In this document: one piece after another, positions 18,039 to 21,990 of the stretch
How the letters are laid out: every line of letters begins with the position of its first letter
How positions within the stretch are numbered: the stretch's first letter is position 1
Source: a bacterium
Lineage (GTDB): Bacteria; Zhuqueibacterota; Zhuqueibacteria; Oceanimicrobiales; Oceanimicrobiaceae
NCBI GenBank assembly: GCA_046758365.1
Contig: JBHIAC010000041.1
Location: forward strand, 1 to 21,990
Length of the DNA stretch: 21,990 nucleotides
Direction: 5' to 3'
Notes under the pieces: model-generated
Told to the model about the DNA's origin: nothing
What the model saw: the letters and a program-made list of their open reading frames with translations, nothing else
Databases searched by the model: none
Position numbers and translations under genes: made by a program

Positions 18039-19610
18039 TTATTGCAAACCGAATAATGTTGCTGTTTCGGCAGATTTAACGATTTCAACTAAATTATTTA
18101 AAGACGATTTCATCAAATCAAGCACTGGTGCTGGATAAACACCTAACAAAATAACAATGATACCAAGGGGAACCAAGGTAAACAGTTCTCTGCCATTAAT
18201 TTCAGGTAACTTAGCATATTTCGGATTCAGTTCACCTAAAAACATTCTTTGAAAAGTCCACAAGAAATAACCCGCGGTTAAAACAATTCCTAATGTGGAA
18301 ATAATAGTAATCGCCTTCAGATTAAACATTTTTGACCCAAAAGCACCGAGGAATGAAAAAGCTTCACTGATAAAACTGGAAAGACCCGGAAGGCCGAGCC
18401 CTGCAAAAAAGGCCACACTGACAACCCCTGCATAAATTGGCATACGAACAGCCAAGCCACCAAAGCCATCGATATCTCGGTGATGCGCCCGATCATAAAT
18501 TACGCCGACCAAAAGAAAAAGCATGGCCGTAACGGTACCGTGATTAAACATTTGCATCACAGCTCCGTTCATTCCTAAGGAGGTTAACCCGGCCATTCCC
18601 AACATGACAATACCCATGTGGCTGATGCTCGAGTACGCCACCAATTTTTTCAAATCTTTTTGGGCCATGGCACAGAAGGCACCATAAATTATATTTATTA
18701 AACCCAGAATTGCTAAGCCATAAGCAAAATACGGATATATCATTGCGTCCGGCAGCATGGGGAAACTAATCCGCAGCATACCATAGGTCCCCATTTTTAA
18801 TAAAATACCCGCCAGGATTACACTGATAGCTGTTGGTGCTTCCACATGGGCATCCGGAAGCCAGGTGTGAAACGGAAATACAGGTACCTTAATGGCAAAT
18901 CCGATGAAAAGGACCAAATAAATTATTAAGCGAATGTTGAAATTATTAAGCACACCGCCATGATTGGCCTGATTCATGATATGCAACATATTAAAGGTAT
19001 GTTCGTTGGTTACTGGATCTGAAACGTTAAAATAAAAGACCAACATGGCTAACAATATTAAAACGCTTCCAAACAGTGTGTAGAGGAAAAATTTTATGGC
19101 CGCATAAGGCCCTCCCCTGACCATACCATCCGGATCCACTCGAGCGGGACTTCCCCAGATGCCGATGAGAAAATACATGGGTAGAAGCATCAATTCCCAG
19201 AAAATGTAAAAGAGAAAAAAATCCAGGGTGCAGAATACACCCATCATTCCTGTATCGAGCAGTAAAAACATGGAGAAATAGCCTTTGACCCCTCTATCAA
19301 TGCCCCAGGAGGCAAAAATGCAAATAAATGACAACAAAGCCGTCAAAAGCACCATAGGTACACTGAGGCCATCAATACCCATAAAATATTCAATATTAAA
19401 AGACGGAATCCATTTATATTTCTCTATAAATTGAAACTCCGTAATACTGCGGTCAAAATTCATATAAATCCAAACCGCCACAATCACCTGAAGCCCAGTG
19501 AATACAGCAGCAATTATTCTTATTAAATTTTTATTGGTTCTTGGAGCCAGTAGAATCAGTAAAACACCAACAATAGGTAAAAATGTAATCAGCGTTAATG
19601 CTTTTTCCAT
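18039..19610 (-). CDS. nuoM: NADH-quinone oxidoreductase subunit M
   Basis: GIDGLS, FYIFWELML.PMYFLIGIWG, KVPVFPFHTWLPDAHVEAPT, LLKMGTYG, KKLVAYSSISHMG, FISE. Confidence 0.97.
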   Translation of the reverse strand: MEKALTLITFLPIVGVLLILLAPRTNKNLIRIIAAVFTGLQVIVAVWIYMNFDRSITEFQFIEKYKWIPSFNIEYFMGIDGLSVPMVLLTALLSFICIFASWGIDRGVKGYFSMFLLLDTGMMGVFCTLDFFLFYIFWELMLLPMYFLIGIWGSPARVDPDGMVRGGPYAAIKFFLYTLFGSVLILLAMLVFYFNVSDPVTNEHTFNMLHIMNQANHGGVLNNFNIRLIIYLVLFIGFAIKVPVFPFHTWLPDAHVEAPTAISVILAGILLKMGTYGMLRISFPMLPDAMIYPYFAYGLAILGLINIIYGAFCAMAQKDLKKLVAYSSISHMGIVMLGMAGLTSLGMNGAVMQMFNHGTVTAMLFLLVGVIYDRAHHRDIDGFGGLAVRMPIYAGVVSVAFFAGLGLPGLSSFISEAFSFLGAFGSKMFNLKAITIISTLGIVLTAGYFLWTFQRMFLGELNPKYAKLPEINGRELFTLVPLGIIVILLGVYPAPVLDLMKSSLNNLVEIVKSAETATLFGLQ

Positions 19611-19724
19611 TTGTTTTAATTCCTTTTCTTCTTCTATTTTAGATAATTAGTCATGTGAAGAGATTTTACAAATTTAGACAAGATTTACAGGATTTGTTCC
19701 AATGGTTAAGGAGTTACCTCTGAA

Positions 19725-21719
19725 TTAAAATAGCTGAATAATAAAAAGAACCACGACCGCAAGCAAAGCCATAAGAATGTAGCTTTGTACTTTTCCAGTT
19801 TGGATTTCACGCAATTGCGCACCGAAGAATTGAATAATCCTTGCTATCCAATTAACGATTCCATCGATTATTTTAAGGTCAAAACGGCCTTCCGCAAAAG
19901 AGAACAGAGTTGTAACTCTTGCGGCTCCATTTACTATGCCATCAATGACTTTCAAATCAAAGGTACCTGAACCACGACTGGTAACAAGCGTCGCTTTGAT
20001 TACCGTAGCACTGTAAAGCTCATCAAAATAATATTTATTCCATAAAAGCGTGTAAACCTGCTTAAATTTACGCCCCCAAGCTTCCGCAGATATTTTTTTC
20101 CAATAATAAGTTGCAGTGGCAACTAAAATTCCTATGCCCGCCACTACGATTGATAGTACCATAGCGATATTATGGGCTGAGGGCGCCGCAGCCTGGGCTT
20201 CTATATGAGCTTCAGACGCAAGTCGGGTGACACTGGCAAAAGCAGAAAGATCCGGCTTAGCAATCATGTGTTCAAACCATCCCCACCAGACAGGACCGAT
20301 TGAGAACACGGCAAGAATGATTAGCGGAACTGTCATCACCCAAGGAGATTCATGGGCATGGTTAAATTTTTCTTGGTCTCGAGGCGCACCAGTAAAAGTT
20401 AAATACACCAAGCGAAACATGTAAAATGCAGTGATGCCTGCAGAGATTAGCATTATAATAAAAATAATCATATGATTTGGGTTTTCCAGACCAAATTCCA
20501 AAGAAGCCGCCAAGATAGCATCTTTGCTCCAAAATCCGGATAAAGGAGGCACGCCAGAAATCGCGAGGGTAGCCATAAGAAAAGTAATAAATGTAATTGG
20601 CATTTTCTTTCTCAGTCCACCCATTTCATTCATGTCCTGCGTATGCAAGGCATGAATCACGCTGCCCGAGCCTAAAAACAAAAGGGCTTTAAAAAAAGCA
20701 TGGGTGGTTAAATGAAAGAGTCCCGAGGTATATCCCCCGGTTCCTAAGCCTACCATCATATAACCCAATTGACTGATGGTTGAATAGGCCAGAACTCTTT
20801 TGATATCAGTTTGCACGATGGCAATAGTAGCGGCCATAAACGCAGTAATCGTACCAATATAGGCAATCACTAAAAGAACATCAGCGGTGTAAAACACAAA
20901 TGTCCGGCCTATCATGTAAACCCCGGCCGCCACCATAGTAGCAGCGTGAATCAAGGCGCTAACGGGGGTAGGACCTTCCATCGCATCTGGCAGCCAAACA
21001 TGCAGGGGGAATTGTGCTGATTTACCAATGGCGCCACAAAACAGTAAAATACCAGCAGCGGTTAACAAACCACCAGAGAGTTTGCCGTTTGCAACGCCCT
21101 TAAAAACCTCTTCAAAATTAAACACACCCAACGTTGTAAAAATTATTAAAATACCGGCGAACATCCCCACATCGCCTATCCGATTGACAATAAAAGCCTT
21201 TTTACCAGCGTTAGCGGCCGAATCCTTTTCAAACCAAAACCCAATAAGCAAATATGAACAAAGTCCCACCAATTCCCAAAAAATATAAATCCCAAAAAAG
21301 TTATCTGCAGACACCAACCCGAGCATGGAAAAAGAAAATAGGGACAAATAGGCAAAGTAGCGGCTGTATCGAGGGTCGCCATGCATATATCCTATGGAAT
21401 ACAAATGAATCACGGCACTGATTAAAGTGACCAAAAAAAGCATGATCGCGGTTAAATTGTCGATATGTATTCCAAAGGAAACGGTGAGTGGCCCAAAATC
21501 AATCCAATCCCAGCTTTGAGCAATTTTGAAATTTGGATCAAAATTGGATAAGGCTTTAATAAAAATTGGCAAAGCAAGAAAGAAGGCAATAAACATAGCC
21601 AAAGTTGGCAACCAGCCTCCTTGTTTTGGCAGACGCTTGCCTAAGAATATTTGTATGATAAAAGCTATTAAAGGTAAAAGTAAAATGATAATGGTGCTGG
21701 TAATTTCGTCTGGAATCAT
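19725..21719 (-). CDS. nuoL: NADH-quinone oxidoreductase subunit L
   Basis: YSIGYMHGD, WELVGLCSYLLIGFW, GKSAQFPLHVWLPDAMEGPTPVSALIHAATMV, HAFFKALLFL, GFWSKD, C-terminal lateral helix region ending QTGKVQSY. Confidence 0.97.
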   Translation of the reverse strand: MIPDEITSTIIILLLPLIAFIIQIFLGKRLPKQGGWLPTLAMFIAFFLALPIFIKALSNFDPNFKIAQSWDWIDFGPLTVSFGIHIDNLTAIMLFLVTLISAVIHLYSIGYMHGDPRYSRYFAYLSLFSFSMLGLVSADNFFGIYIFWELVGLCSYLLIGFWFEKDSAANAGKKAFIVNRIGDVGMFAGILIIFTTLGVFNFEEVFKGVANGKLSGGLLTAAGILLFCGAIGKSAQFPLHVWLPDAMEGPTPVSALIHAATMVAAGVYMIGRTFVFYTADVLLVIAYIGTITAFMAATIAIVQTDIKRVLAYSTISQLGYMMVGLGTGGYTSGLFHLTTHAFFKALLFLGSGSVIHALHTQDMNEMGGLRKKMPITFITFLMATLAISGVPPLSGFWSKDAILAASLEFGLENPNHMIIFIIMLISAGITAFYMFRLVYLTFTGAPRDQEKFNHAHESPWVMTVPLIILAVFSIGPVWWGWFEHMIAKPDLSAFASVTRLASEAHIEAQAAAPSAHNIAMVLSIVVAGIGILVATATYYWKKISAEAWGRKFKQVYTLLWNKYYFDELYSATVIKATLVTSRGSGTFDLKVIDGIVNGAARVTTLFSFAEGRFDLKIIDGIVNWIARIIQFFGAQLREIQTGKVQSYILMALLAVVVLFIIQLF

Positions 21720-21762
21720 AAAGGCTTGCCTACTTCAAAATTAAACATTAATTTTTTTATCC

Positions 21763-21990
21763 TCATCGAGCCAATAAATCCGCTTTATCAAGGTCAATGG
21801 ATCGGAGACGCTCATATAGATTTAAAACAATGGCTAAGGCAACCGCAGCAGCCGCGGCCGCGGTCACAATTACAAATACAGCAAAGAGCTGACCATCTAA
21901 ATCCGTATCCACATATCTGGCAAATGCAATAAAATTGATATTAGCGGCATTTAAAATTAGTTCGACGCCCATAAGAACTGTAACGGCATT
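21763..21990 (-). CDS. nuoK: NADH-quinone oxidoreductase subunit K (5' end outside the window)
   Basis: Frame open to the window edge: NAVTVLMGVELILNAANINFIAF...GQLFAVFVIVTAAAAAAVALAIV; directly upstream of nuoL. Confidence 0.93.
   Translation of the reverse strand, partial: NAVTVLMGVELILNAANINFIAFARYVDTDLDGQLFAVFVIVTAAAAAAVALAIVLNLYERLRSIDLDKADLLAR

Noticed and set aside
1..21990. CRISPR array, tRNA/rRNA, integrase, transposase or defence island
   Set aside because: No regularly spaced repeats, cloverleaf or rRNA signatures, or such ORFs were seen; the gene content is housekeeping

Overview
AT-rich bacterial chromosomal window, mostly core genes; the lineage cannot be determined from sequence alone. 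From left to right it holds: (i) a minus-strand prkA(yeaG)-yeaH(DUF444)-spoVR operon followed by an uncharacterised 168-aa gene, with a complex upstream region (sigma70 promoter, ~130-nt terminated RNA, then a sigma54-type promoter); (ii) a divergent YifB/ComM-like AAA+ ATPase; (iii) a small zinc-ribbon protein translationally coupled to ribosomal protein S21; (iv) a stand-alone 6S RNA on the minus strand, not captured by the ORF track; (v) a plus-strand run of secreted DmpA-like peptidase, DUF2905, NfeD, slipin and YprB/MrfB-like exonuclease, with a small MITE containing a REP-like doublet between nfeD and slipin; (vi) the end of a minus-strand nuo operon (nuoK partial, L, M, N) followed by an M14 carboxypeptidase and an SH3b-parvulin fusion. 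The most interesting points are the candidate sRNA or attenuator upstream of prkA, the zinc-ribbon/rpsU/6S cluster, the covarying REP-in-MITE element, the possible fourth gene of the PrkA system, and a NuoK lacking the conserved second glutamate. All family calls come from motif recognition by eye, not from database searches.
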